Source: Candidatus Polarisedimenticolia bacterium
GTDB taxonomy: Bacteria > Acidobacteriota > Terriglobia > Acidiferrales > UBA7541
Direction: 5' to 3'
Assembly (NCBI GenBank): GCA_035576265.1
Contig: DATLWP010000292.1
Span: 1 to 40,301 of the forward strand
Length of the DNA stretch: 40,301 bases
Shown one piece after another: positions 1 to 8,534 of the stretch (positions are counted from its first letter, which is position 1; every line of letters begins with the position of its first letter). The notes beneath the pieces are model-generated. The model did not search any database and was not told where the DNA came from. It was given only the letters and a program-made list of their open reading frames with translations. The translations under genes and the position numbers were made by a program.

Positions 1-1389
1 GTTCCAGCCGAAAACCGGAAGACCTCGCCGGTGATCAATCCGGCGACCGAGCAGACCATCGGACAGTTTCCGCATGCGACGACCGCCGACCTCGATCGGG
101 CGCTCGAAGCGGCGCAAAAGGGCTTTCAGACGTGGCGGGCCGTCTTCCCCGATCAGCGTGGCAAAATACTGAAGAAGGCGGCGGAACTAATGCGTTCTCG
201 CGCCGAGGAAATCGCGCGGATCGCCACGATCGAATCGGGAAAGCGGATCGCGGAGACGCGTGTCGAGCTGGCGGCATCGGCGAACATTTTCGAGTGGTTC
301 GCGGAGGAAGGGCGGCGCGCCTATGGGCGCGTGCTGCCGCAGCGCACTCCGGGAACGCGGCTCGCGGTGGTCAAAGAACCCGTGGGACCGGTGGCGGCGT
401 TTGCGCCGTGGAATTTTCCGCTGGGCAATCCAGCGCGCAAGATTGGCGCGGCGCTCGGCGCCGGCTGCTCCTGCATCCTCAAGCCCGCCGAGGAAACGCC
501 CGCTTCGGCCCTGGCCGTGGCGCGGTGCCTGTTCGAGGCGGGACTGCCGAAGGAAGTGCTCTCCATCGTATTCGGCGTGCCGTCGGAGATTTCCACGCAT
601 TTGCTGGCGTCGCCTATTATCCGCAAGGTTTCCTTTACTGGATCCATACCGGTGGGCAAGCACCTGATGAAGCTGGCCGCCGAAGGCATGAAGCGAACCA
701 CGATGGAGCTGGGCGGGCACGCTCCCGTGCTGGTGTTCGATGATGTGGACGTCGAAAAGGTCCTCGATATGTGCGTGGGCGCGAAATACCGCAACGCCGG
801 ACAGGTTTGCGTCTCGCCGACGCGCTTCTACTCACACGAGAAGATCTACAACCGCTTCGTCGAAGGTTTTGCAGCGCGCGCGAAAGCACTCCCGGTCGGC
901 GACGGCTTGGACGAAAGGAATCAGATGGGACCGCTGATTCACGCTCGGCGACTGGCGGCGATCGAAGGCTTCGTCGCCGATGCAAAACAGCATGGCGCGA
1001 AAGTGCGGGCCGGAGGCGCGCGACTGCGCAGCCCAGGCTATTTCTACGCGCCCACGGTACTTTCCGACGTGCCCAAGACCGCGCGCATTATGAACGAGGA
1101 GCCCTTCGGGCCGGTGGCGCTGATCAATCCGTTCTCGGATTTCGACAGCGTGATCAAGGAAGCCAATCGCCTGCCCTACGGCCTCGCTGCCTTCGCCTTC
1201 ACGGACTCGGCGCACCGGGCCAAGCTCGTGGGCGAGCAGCTTGAAGCGGGCATGGTGGGCGTCAACACGTTCGCCATTTCCGTCCCAGAATCGCCCTTCG
1301 GCGGGGTGAAGGAAAGCGGCCACGGTTCCGAGGAAGGCGTAGAAGGCCTCGAAGCCTGCCTGGTGACGAAGTTCATCAGTGAAGCATAA
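1..1389 (+). CDS. NAD(P)+-dependent aldehyde dehydrogenase (succinate-semialdehyde/aryl-aldehyde dehydrogenase-like), 5' end truncated by window edge
   Basis: Frame 1 is open from base 1. ALDH motifs seen: PWNFPL, KPAEETP, ELGGHAP, RNAGQVCVSPTRF (catalytic Cys), EEPFGPV. The GVN..FGG.KESG.G.E tail is also present. Confidence 0.9.
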   Translation, partial: VPAENRKTSPVINPATEQTIGQFPHATTADLDRALEAAQKGFQTWRAVFPDQRGKILKKAAELMRSRAEEIARIATIESGKRIAETRVELAASANIFEWFAEEGRRAYGRVLPQRTPGTRLAVVKEPVGPVAAFAPWNFPLGNPARKIGAALGAGCSCILKPAEETPASALAVARCLFEAGLPKEVLSIVFGVPSEISTHLLASPIIRKVSFTGSIPVGKHLMKLAAEGMKRTTMELGGHAPVLVFDDVDVEKVLDMCVGAKYRNAGQVCVSPTRFYSHEKIYNRFVEGFAARAKALPVGDGLDERNQMGPLIHARRLAAIEGFVADAKQHGAKVRAGGARLRSPGYFYAPTVLSDVPKTARIMNEEPFGPVALINPFSDFDSVIKEANRLPYGLAAFAFTDSAHRAKLVGEQLEAGMVGVNTFAISVPESPFGGVKESGHGSEEGVEGLEACLVTKFISEA

Positions 1390-1452
1390 GCCGTTGGGCC
1401 GCGTGCGAGCGTCGGCGCGCGATCCGAAAGAGACTGAGTGCAAGGAGTCGCG

Positions 1453-2139
1453 ATGACCGCGGACGAACGCATCCAGGCGCTCGAGAAGCGCGTCGAGCAG
1501 CTTTCTCACCGACTCGGAATCGCGGAAGATACCCTCGCCATTCGGAAACTGCAGCATGCCTACGGGTATTTCATCGACAAGTGCTTGTACGAAGAAGCCG
1601 TCGACCTTTTCTCGGATCGCAGCGAGACCTATTTCCTCGGCGGAGTCTTCAAGGGAAAGGCAGGCATTCGCCGGCTCTACTGCGGCAGGCTGGGCCGAAA
1701 ATTCGCGGGCGGGAGGAACGGTCCGACGCGCGGATTGCTGCTCGAACATCTGACGATGCAGGATGTGATCGACGTTGCGCCGGACCGTCTGAGCGCCCTG
1801 GGGCGCTTTCGCTGCTTCATGCAGGGCGGAAGCCATGAGAGCGTGCCGCAAATCGAGGAGCCTTTCTGGGAGGGCGGCGTGTATGAAAACACGTACCTCA
1901 AGGAAGACGGCGTCTGGAAGATCGGCGTCTTGAATTACAACGTTCTCTTCTATGCGCCTTACGACAAAGGCTGGGGACGCGCGAAGGCCGGATACACGGT
2001 CCCGGCGTTTTCGAAGACGTACCCGGAAGATCCTCTCGGGCCGGACGAACTCAATTCGAGACGCGCGAGTTTTTGGCCGGAAACCGATATCGTCCCTTTT
2101 CACTACGCTCACCCCGTGACGGGAAAACCAATCAAGTGA
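1453..2139 (+). CDS. NTF2-like (SnoaL_4-type) protein with N-terminal helical segment, paralog A
   Basis: ATG 1453 sits 5 nt after AAGGAG (1442-1447). The sequence RKLQHAYGYFIDKCLYEE...DVIDVAPDR...RFRC...WEGGVYENTY.KEDGVWKI is typical of SnoaL-like/NTF2 folds. Roughly half or more of positions are identical by eye to ORF 3074-3754. Confidence 0.75.
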   Translation: MTADERIQALEKRVEQLSHRLGIAEDTLAIRKLQHAYGYFIDKCLYEEAVDLFSDRSETYFLGGVFKGKAGIRRLYCGRLGRKFAGGRNGPTRGLLLEHLTMQDVIDVAPDRLSALGRFRCFMQGGSHESVPQIEEPFWEGGVYENTYLKEDGVWKIGVLNYNVLFYAPYDKGWGRAKAGYTVPAFSKTYPEDPLGPDELNSRRASFWPETDIVPFHYAHPVTGKPIK

Positions 2140-2156
2140 GCCCATCGACGCCAGGA

Positions 2157-2993
2157 ATGCTCGCCGGAGAACGCGCCATTGTGACCGGTGGCGGCCGGGG
2201 CTTCGGCAAAGCAATCGCGCTCGGTCTTGCGGCGGCGGGCGCGGCGGTGACCGTGACCGCGCGATCGAAGGACCAGCTCGATTCCACGGTTGCAGAAATC
2301 GAATCGGCGGGCGGAACAGGGTTCGCGATTGTGGGAGATGTGGCAAACCGGCAAGACGTGGCGCGAGTCGTCGCGACCGCGGAAAAAAGGTTCGGGCCGA
2401 CGACGGCGCTGGTGAATAACGCGGGGGTAACCGGACCATTCGGGCCTGTCTGGACCTCGGATCCCGACGAATGGTGGGGCGCGCAGGCGGTGGTGGTTCG
2501 CGGCACGCTGCTCTTCATGCACGCCGTGATGCCGGGGATGGTGGCGCGCCGAAAGGGCTGCGTGATCAACGTCGCGGCGCTCGGCGGGCAATGGTTCGCG
2601 CCGAAGCTGACGGCGTACGCGGTGGCGAAGTCGAGTCAGATTCGGTTGTCCGAGCACGCGGCAGCCGAAGCCAAAGAGCACGGCGTGAGCGTTTTTGCGA
2701 TCGAGCCGGGCACGGTGTACACCGACATGACCGAGCATACGATCACATCGCCCGATGCGCAGCGCTGGGTGCCGCAGATGGTTGAATATCTGAAGCATTT
2801 GAAGGCGACCACCGATCCGGCGCCGGGCCTGGCCCGGTGCGCGGAAATGTGCGTGCAACTCGCTTCCGGGCGCTACTTTGGACTTTCGGGGCGCTTCCTA
2901 ATTCCGCAGGATGATTTCGACCAGCTACTTCTCGAGCCGCCGCCCGCTCCGGGATCGTCGCTCGTGCCGCGCGAGCCGCAGCGAACTCGTTGA
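2157..2993 (+). CDS. Short-chain dehydrogenase/reductase (SDR), paralog A
   Basis: TGGGRGFG Rossmann motif, NNAG, and a Y..AK catalytic motif (YAVAK). I chose ATG 2157. An in-frame GTG at 2136 overlapping the upstream stop (GTGA) is an alternative start. Confidence 0.85.
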   Translation: MLAGERAIVTGGGRGFGKAIALGLAAAGAAVTVTARSKDQLDSTVAEIESAGGTGFAIVGDVANRQDVARVVATAEKRFGPTTALVNNAGVTGPFGPVWTSDPDEWWGAQAVVVRGTLLFMHAVMPGMVARRKGCVINVAALGGQWFAPKLTAYAVAKSSQIRLSEHAAAEAKEHGVSVFAIEPGTVYTDMTEHTITSPDAQRWVPQMVEYLKHLKATTDPAPGLARCAEMCVQLASGRYFGLSGRFLIPQDDFDQLLLEPPPAPGSSLVPREPQRTR

Positions 2994-3073
2994 CGCGCTG
3001 CGCGGCGAAGTGGTACGACCTTACTGCAAGTTTGGGTTAAGCCGAACGGCCATGTAAGCACGGGAGCTTTGAG

Positions 3074-3754
3074 ATGCCTAAATATTCGGTCGACGAGTTG
3101 GAGAAAAGAATCGAGGAATTATCGAATCAGGTCGGCATTCTCCAGGATGTGCACGCCATCCGGCGACTTCAGCACGCCTACGGGTATTACATCGACAAAT
3201 GCCTCTACGACGAAACCGTGGACCTCTTCGCCGACAACGGCGAAGTGCACTTCATGGGCGGAATTTTTCGCGGCAAAGCCGGCGCGCGCCGTCTTTATAT
3301 CGACCGCTTCCGAAGGAATTTCACCAACGGAAAGAATGGCCCGATTTACGGATTCCTCCTCGATCACCCGCAGCTGCAGGACGTGATCGACGTGGCGCCC
3401 GATCGCAAAACCGCGAAGGCACGCTTTCGCTGCACGATGCAGGCGGGGCTTCACGAAAGCGCCGGGGGACGCACGCGCCAGTGGTGGGAAGGCGGGCTGT
3501 ACGAGAATTCCTACGTGCGCGAAAACGGCGTCTGGAAGATTCAAATTCTGAATTATCGTCCCGTATGGCACGCGGACTACGAAACGGGCTGGGCGCACAC
3601 GCGGCCGCAGTACGTCGCGTTCTTTTCCGAAACCTATCCGAAAGATCCGGTCGGTCCGGATGAACTCGAAGATCCAAAGCCCGTGCTTTGGCCGGATACG
3701 GACGTGCTGCCCTTTCATTATCCGCACCCAGTGACAGGCCGCCGGCTAGAGTGA
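3074..3754 (+). CDS. NTF2-like (SnoaL_4-type) protein, paralog B
   Basis: ATG 3074 follows GGGAG. Same conserved blocks as 1453-2139 (RRLQHAYGYYIDKCLYDE, DVIDVAPDR, WEGGLYENSY, PFHYPHPVTG). Confidence 0.75.
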   Translation: MPKYSVDELEKRIEELSNQVGILQDVHAIRRLQHAYGYYIDKCLYDETVDLFADNGEVHFMGGIFRGKAGARRLYIDRFRRNFTNGKNGPIYGFLLDHPQLQDVIDVAPDRKTAKARFRCTMQAGLHESAGGRTRQWWEGGLYENSYVRENGVWKIQILNYRPVWHADYETGWAHTRPQYVAFFSETYPKDPVGPDELEDPKPVLWPDTDVLPFHYPHPVTGRRLE

Positions 3755-3823
3755 GTTTGCGATCATCCCGATTCGCGCGACGCGCCCTTTTGCGGTCGCG
3801 CATCAACGAAAGGCGAAGCCCGC

Positions 3824-5269
3824 ATGACAACGAACTTTCCCGAAACTTTTGATTACGCCGGAATGAACGCGCCGATGCGCGTGGAATGCGACATCTACGA
3901 TCTGGTCGTCGAGGGAAGCGTGCCGAAAGAAATCCACGGCGCGTGGTACCGCTCTGTGCCGGACCCGCAATATCCGCCGATGCTCGGCCACGATACCTAC
4001 CTCAGTGGCGATGGCATGGTCAGTTCGTTCAAGTTCGAGGACGGCCACGTAGATTTCAAAATGCGCTACGTGATGACCGACCGCCTGAAGGCCGACCGCG
4101 AAGCGCGCCGCGGACTCTTCGGGCTCTATCGGAATCCCTACACGGACGATCCGAGCGTCCGCGGCATCAATCGCTGCGTCAACAACACGACGCCGGTCTT
4201 CCATGGCGGCCGCCTGCTTGCGCTCAAAGAGGACGGCCTCGCGGTCGAGCTGCACCCCGAGACGCTCGAGACGCTGGGCGTCTGGAATTACCGCGGAAAA
4301 CTGAAGAGCCAGACCATGACGGCGCACACGCGCCTCGACCCGGAAACAGCTCAGCTCTATTTCTTCGGCTACGAAGCGAGCGGCCTGGCGACTCGCGACG
4401 TCTCCTATTGCGTCGCAAACAAAGACGGGGAGCTCGTGAAAGAGGAGTGGTTCCAGGTTCCGTATGTTTCGCTGATGCACGACTTCGCCGTATCCAAGGA
4501 GCACGCCATCTTCCCGGTTTTCCCGACGACGGCTGATCTCGATCGTATCAAGGCGGGCGGCGTTCACTGGATTTGCGAGCCGAACAAGGACACCTACATC
4601 GGGATCATGCCGCGCGACGGCAGCGTCAAAGACATGCGCTGGTTCCGCAGGCCCGCGTGTTCCGCGTTTCACTTCATGAACGCATACACCGAAGGCAAAT
4701 TCGTGCACCTGGATTTCGGCGTCAGCAAGTATGCTCCGTTCCCGTTCATCCAGGAAGCATCGCACATCCATCCGACACCGAAGGAACTGGCGGGCGGCAA
4801 CGTCGTGCGATGGACCTTCGACATGTCCAAGCCGGGCGAGAAATTCGAAGAGTACGTACTTGCTCCCGCGGGCGATTTTCCGCGCGTGGCCATGAAGGAC
4901 CACATGGTCGATTACTCCGTGGGCTACTACGAGCGATTCGATCCCGAGCTTGGCCCGCCGCAGACGGCAGGACCTGTCGGCGCGGGATTCAACACGGTCA
5001 GCCGCCTCGAAGTGAAAAGCGGGAAGATCAAGTCGTGGCACCCGAAGCAGCCTGCGACGGTTCAGGAAGAAGTTCACATTCCCTCGAAGAAGCCGGGGCA
5101 CGAGGGTTATCTGGCCCTCGTCGTGGACCTGCACGATTCGATGCTCTCCGACGTGGTGATTCTTGAAGCAGCTAACCCCGAAAAAGGCCCGCTCGCAACG
5201 ATCAAGATGCCATTGCGCCTGCGCAACCAGGTACACGGTAACTGGGTGGACGCAGAAGAATTGCGGTAA
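3824..5269 (+). CDS. Carotenoid oxygenase family protein (carotenoid/lignostilbene-alpha,beta-dioxygenase-like, RPE65 superfamily)
   Basis: 481 aa. Four spaced His-containing blocks typical of the Fe(II) site (TAHTRLD, LMHDFAVS, AFHFMNAY, QVHGNW). The FKFEDGHVDFKMRYV and HGGRLLALKEDG blocks are characteristic of this family. Confidence 0.88.
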   Translation: MTTNFPETFDYAGMNAPMRVECDIYDLVVEGSVPKEIHGAWYRSVPDPQYPPMLGHDTYLSGDGMVSSFKFEDGHVDFKMRYVMTDRLKADREARRGLFGLYRNPYTDDPSVRGINRCVNNTTPVFHGGRLLALKEDGLAVELHPETLETLGVWNYRGKLKSQTMTAHTRLDPETAQLYFFGYEASGLATRDVSYCVANKDGELVKEEWFQVPYVSLMHDFAVSKEHAIFPVFPTTADLDRIKAGGVHWICEPNKDTYIGIMPRDGSVKDMRWFRRPACSAFHFMNAYTEGKFVHLDFGVSKYAPFPFIQEASHIHPTPKELAGGNVVRWTFDMSKPGEKFEEYVLAPAGDFPRVAMKDHMVDYSVGYYERFDPELGPPQTAGPVGAGFNTVSRLEVKSGKIKSWHPKQPATVQEEVHIPSKKPGHEGYLALVVDLHDSMLSDVVILEAANPEKGPLATIKMPLRLRNQVHGNWVDAEELR

Positions 5270-5316
5270 GCCTTACGCGCAGGCGGCGGGGACTCAATTC
5301 AGCAACGGAGAGCCAG

Positions 5317-6615
5317 ATGACGCGCCAGACGAAGTTCTACGGCTGGAAATTGCTCGGCATACTCTGGCTGATCCTGTTCGCCAATTTTGCGTTTCCGATG
5401 TATGGCGCAAGCGTGGTGAACACATACATGGCTGCGGACCTGCATCTCGACCGCAGCCAGCTGGGCCTAGCGTTCGGGCTGTTCCAATGGATGGCGGGCC
5501 TGCCGGCGCCACTCATCGCCATCTGCATCAGCAAGAGGGGCGTGCGGTTTACGATGGCGCTCGGGTGCCTGACGGTGACGGCGGGGGCGCTGATGATGGC
5601 GTTCGTCGTCCGGACGGGCTGGCAGGCGGACGTGGTGTACGGGGTCATCATAGCCGTGGGTGCGTTGTCCGCTGGAGTGCTCCCGGCGCAGACCGGCATC
5701 AGCCGATGGTTTATGAAAGCCCGGGGTCGCGCCATCACGCTGATTCACACGTCGATCGCCTTCGGCGGCTTCGTGGCCGTGCCTACGTTGGACTTCGCAA
5801 TTGCGCGCGTTCACGGAAACTGGCGCGTGGGCTGGTGGCTGATGGCCTCACTGAGCGCAGTCGCAGCCATGCTGGTTCTATTGTTCGTGAAGGAGCGGCC
5901 TGCTGATCTCGGCCAGTTGCCCGACGGCCGTGCGGCCGATGATCTCGACGCCTCCGCCGGCGCACATTCAGAAACGGCGCGGGGAGTCTATAAGACCGCG
6001 GCGGAATGGACGTTCGGCGAGGCGTTCCGAACGCCGGCGATGTGGATGCTACTTCTTGCCACGATTGGATTCAGCGCGGGGTATCCATTGTTTATCGCTC
6101 ACGGCGTGGTGCACTTGCGTGATTTGGGGCACACGGCCGCAGCCGCGGCGTTTTCGATTTCGATTATGGTGGGCTCCTCGCTGGGCGGCACGCTCCTGTT
6201 CGCCGCCGTAGCCGACCGCATCGAGCCGCGGCAAATCATGGCGGCCGCCTCACTGGTTTTCGGCGTCGGCATGCTGCTTGCAATCAAGGCCAGCGGGCCG
6301 GTCGGCCTGTACGCATACGCAGTGTGCCTCGGCAGCGGATTCGGCGCCGCGTTTTCGGCTACCATGGCGCTGCCGGCAAACTATTTTGGCACGCGGGCGT
6401 ACGCCCCGGTCGTGGGAGTTCTCATGGCCGTGGGAACTACGGCTGGAGCGGCTGGGCCGATTGCTGCGGGGTACACCTTCGATCATTATGGCAGTTACAC
6501 GCCAGCTTTCTATGTTATCTCCGGGCTGTCTTTCGCTGCTGCTGTCCTGCTGCTGTTCATGAGGCCGCCGGCCGAGAGGGCGGGGCGTGCGTTCGCCTCG
6601 GGCGAGATCGCTTAA
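5317..6615 (+). CDS. MFS transporter
   Basis: 432 aa and highly hydrophobic, with about 12 predicted TM segments and a central hydrophilic loop (KERPADLGQLPDG...). GGAGAG RBS lies upstream of the ATG. Confidence 0.85.
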   Translation: MTRQTKFYGWKLLGILWLILFANFAFPMYGASVVNTYMAADLHLDRSQLGLAFGLFQWMAGLPAPLIAICISKRGVRFTMALGCLTVTAGALMMAFVVRTGWQADVVYGVIIAVGALSAGVLPAQTGISRWFMKARGRAITLIHTSIAFGGFVAVPTLDFAIARVHGNWRVGWWLMASLSAVAAMLVLLFVKERPADLGQLPDGRAADDLDASAGAHSETARGVYKTAAEWTFGEAFRTPAMWMLLLATIGFSAGYPLFIAHGVVHLRDLGHTAAAAAFSISIMVGSSLGGTLLFAAVADRIEPRQIMAAASLVFGVGMLLAIKASGPVGLYAYAVCLGSGFGAAFSATMALPANYFGTRAYAPVVGVLMAVGTTAGAAGPIAAGYTFDHYGSYTPAFYVISGLSFAAAVLLLFMRPPAERAGRAFASGEIA

Positions 6616-6693
6616 CTAGACGAACGAAGTCGTCTAACAGGTGTTCGGAAACCCACGGCGAAAGGGTTTCGTCTGTAGGAGAGCGCACCCAGA

Positions 6694-7479
6694 ATGACAA
6701 AAGAGCTCGCAGGACAAGTCGCGATCATCACCGGCGGAGGAGGAGGTTTCGGCCGAGCGATCGCTACGCGATTCGCCGCCGAAGGCGCTAGCGTGACCGT
6801 CACTTCGCGCACGAAATCTCAACTCGACGAAACCGTAGCGCACATCGAATCTCGCGGTGGACGAGCCCTGGCCGTCGCCGGTGACGCTACCAATCGCGCC
6901 GACGTCGCCCGGGTGGTGACGGAAACGCAACGGCGCCTTGGCCCGATCACCGTCATGATCAACAATGCCGGAGTGCCGGGCCCATTCGGCCCCATCGGCG
7001 TCGTGGATCCGGAGGAATGGTGGGCCGCACAGGCGGTCCATTTGCGCGCGCCGTTTCTATTCATCAGCGCGGTGCTGCCGGAAATGAAAGAACGCCGCGC
7101 CGGCTGCATCATCACGATTGCCTCGCCCAGGACCAAGATGGTGACGCCGAACTTATCCGCCTATTGCATGGGGAAAACGGCCCAAGCGAGGCTCACCGAG
7201 CTTCTCGCTGCCGAAGTAAGGGACTACGGAATCACGGCCTTCGCAGTCGATCCTGGCACCACCGTCACACAAATGGCCGAGCAAACCATCAATTCGCCGG
7301 ACGCACAGCGCTGGATGCCGGGAATGGTCACCATGTTGCGGTCGATGCTCGGACGGCCCGGCGGCGAAGCGATTCTGGAGCGGTGCGCGCAGCGCTGCGT
7401 CGAACTCGCGGCTGGGCGTCACAACGAATGGAACGGCACCTACATCGGACGAAATGACGTATCGGAGGAGTGGAAATAG
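6694..7479 (+). CDS. Short-chain dehydrogenase/reductase (SDR), paralog B
   Basis: TGGGGGFG, NNAG and Y..GK motifs. Roughly 50 percent identical by eye to SDR 2157-2993, including the SPDAQRW block. Confidence 0.85.
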   Translation: MTKELAGQVAIITGGGGGFGRAIATRFAAEGASVTVTSRTKSQLDETVAHIESRGGRALAVAGDATNRADVARVVTETQRRLGPITVMINNAGVPGPFGPIGVVDPEEWWAAQAVHLRAPFLFISAVLPEMKERRAGCIITIASPRTKMVTPNLSAYCMGKTAQARLTELLAAEVRDYGITAFAVDPGTTVTQMAEQTINSPDAQRWMPGMVTMLRSMLGRPGGEAILERCAQRCVELAAGRHNEWNGTYIGRNDVSEEWK

Positions 7480-7481
7480 AT

Positions 7482-8492
7482 ATGAGAAAAATCGACATCT
7501 TCACGCACATCTGGCCAAAGGCCTTTCACGAAGCTCTTCTGAAGACCACCCGACAGATGAAGGACATGCATCGCCGCAGCGAAGCCGTTCCCATGATGAC
7601 CAATCTCGACAAGCGCTTCGCCGTAATGGATATGTTCGATGAGTATCAGCAAGTTCTCTCGCTGGCTTCTCCGCCGCCCGATGCAGCAGGCACCCGCGAG
7701 AACTGGCGCGAGCTTGCGCGCATCGGAAGCGACGGCATGGCCGAGTTGTGCCAAAGGTATCCCGAGCGCTTTCCCAGTTTCATCGCCTCGGTCCCCATGC
7801 GCGATCCGGAAGGAGCCGTCGAGGAGGCCCGCCGCGCCGTCAAACAACTCGGCGCCTGTGGAATCCAAATCTATACGAACGTCGGCGGCAAGCCTCTCGA
7901 CGCGCCTGAATTCCGCCCTGTGTTTCGGGAAATGGAGAAGCTGGGTAAACCTATCTGGATTCATCCCGCACGCACTGTGGATTTCCCGGACTATCTCGGT
8001 GAACAACGCTCGCTCTACGAGATCTGGTGGACGTTTGGCTGGCCCTATGAGTCGAGCGCTGCGCAGGCGCGCATCGTCTTCTCGAAAATGCTCGACGAGA
8101 TGCCCAATCTCAAAATCATCATCCATCATGCCGGCGGAATGATTCCCTTCTTCGAAGGACGCGTAGGCGCCGGCTGGGATCAGCTCGGCTCGCGCACGTC
8201 GCACACCGACTACCGCGCGCTGCTCAAGGAACTCAAGCACCGCCCGCTCGACTATTTCAAGATGTTCTATGCCGATACCGCGACGTTCGGTTCGAAAGCG
8301 GCCCTGGAGTGTGCTCTGAATTTCTACGGTGTCGGCCACGTGCTCTTCGCTTCCGACTCTCCCTTCGATCCCGAAGGCGGGCCGATGTATATCCGCGAAA
8401 CCATCCGCGTCATCGACTCGCTCAATGTTTCGAAGGAAGACCGCGAAAATCTCTACTACAAGAATGCCTGCAAGCTACTCGGCATCAAGTAG
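7482..8492 (+). CDS. Amidohydrolase-2 (ACMSD/LigW-like) family protein, probable non-oxidative aromatic-acid decarboxylase or hydrolase
   Basis: IDIFTHIWP N-terminus, HHAGGMIPFFEGR and FASDSPFD C-terminal metal-ligand block. ATG 7482 lies 11 nt after GGAGGAG. The track start at 7470 is a GTG overlapping the SDR stop. Confidence 0.8.
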   Translation: MRKIDIFTHIWPKAFHEALLKTTRQMKDMHRRSEAVPMMTNLDKRFAVMDMFDEYQQVLSLASPPPDAAGTRENWRELARIGSDGMAELCQRYPERFPSFIASVPMRDPEGAVEEARRAVKQLGACGIQIYTNVGGKPLDAPEFRPVFREMEKLGKPIWIHPARTVDFPDYLGEQRSLYEIWWTFGWPYESSAAQARIVFSKMLDEMPNLKIIIHHAGGMIPFFEGRVGAGWDQLGSRTSHTDYRALLKELKHRPLDYFKMFYADTATFGSKAALECALNFYGVGHVLFASDSPFDPEGGPMYIRETIRVIDSLNVSKEDRENLYYKNACKLLGIK

Positions 8493-8497
8493 GCGGC

Positions 8498-8522
8498 GGG
8501 GAGGCGGCCGACCCGCCTCCCC
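8498..8522. terminator. GC-rich hairpin between convergent genes (possible bidirectional terminator)
   Basis: GGGGAGGCGG (8498-8507), loop CCGAC, CCGCCTCCCC (8513-8522): a perfect 10-bp stem. Only a short TT follows on the + strand, so it is not a canonical U-tailed terminator. Confidence 0.4.
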
Positions 8523-8534
8523 TTGCCGAGGCTG

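Noticed and set aside
832-2439. 535-aa ORF on the minus strand overlapping the ALDH, NTF2-like and SDR genes
   Set aside because: This is an antisense shadow ORF typical of high-GC DNA. It has Arg/Pro/Ala-rich, low-complexity composition and no recognisable motifs, and the sense strand carries strongly supported genes.
3803-5236. 477-aa minus-strand ORF antisense to the carotenoid oxygenase gene, and similar ones at 7440-8339, 10889-11938, 19929-20864, 23197-24054, 25781-26785 and 31632-32444
   Set aside because: Same reasoning: each overlaps a well-supported sense-strand gene and shows Arg/His/Ala-rich composition characteristic of GC-rich non-coding frames.
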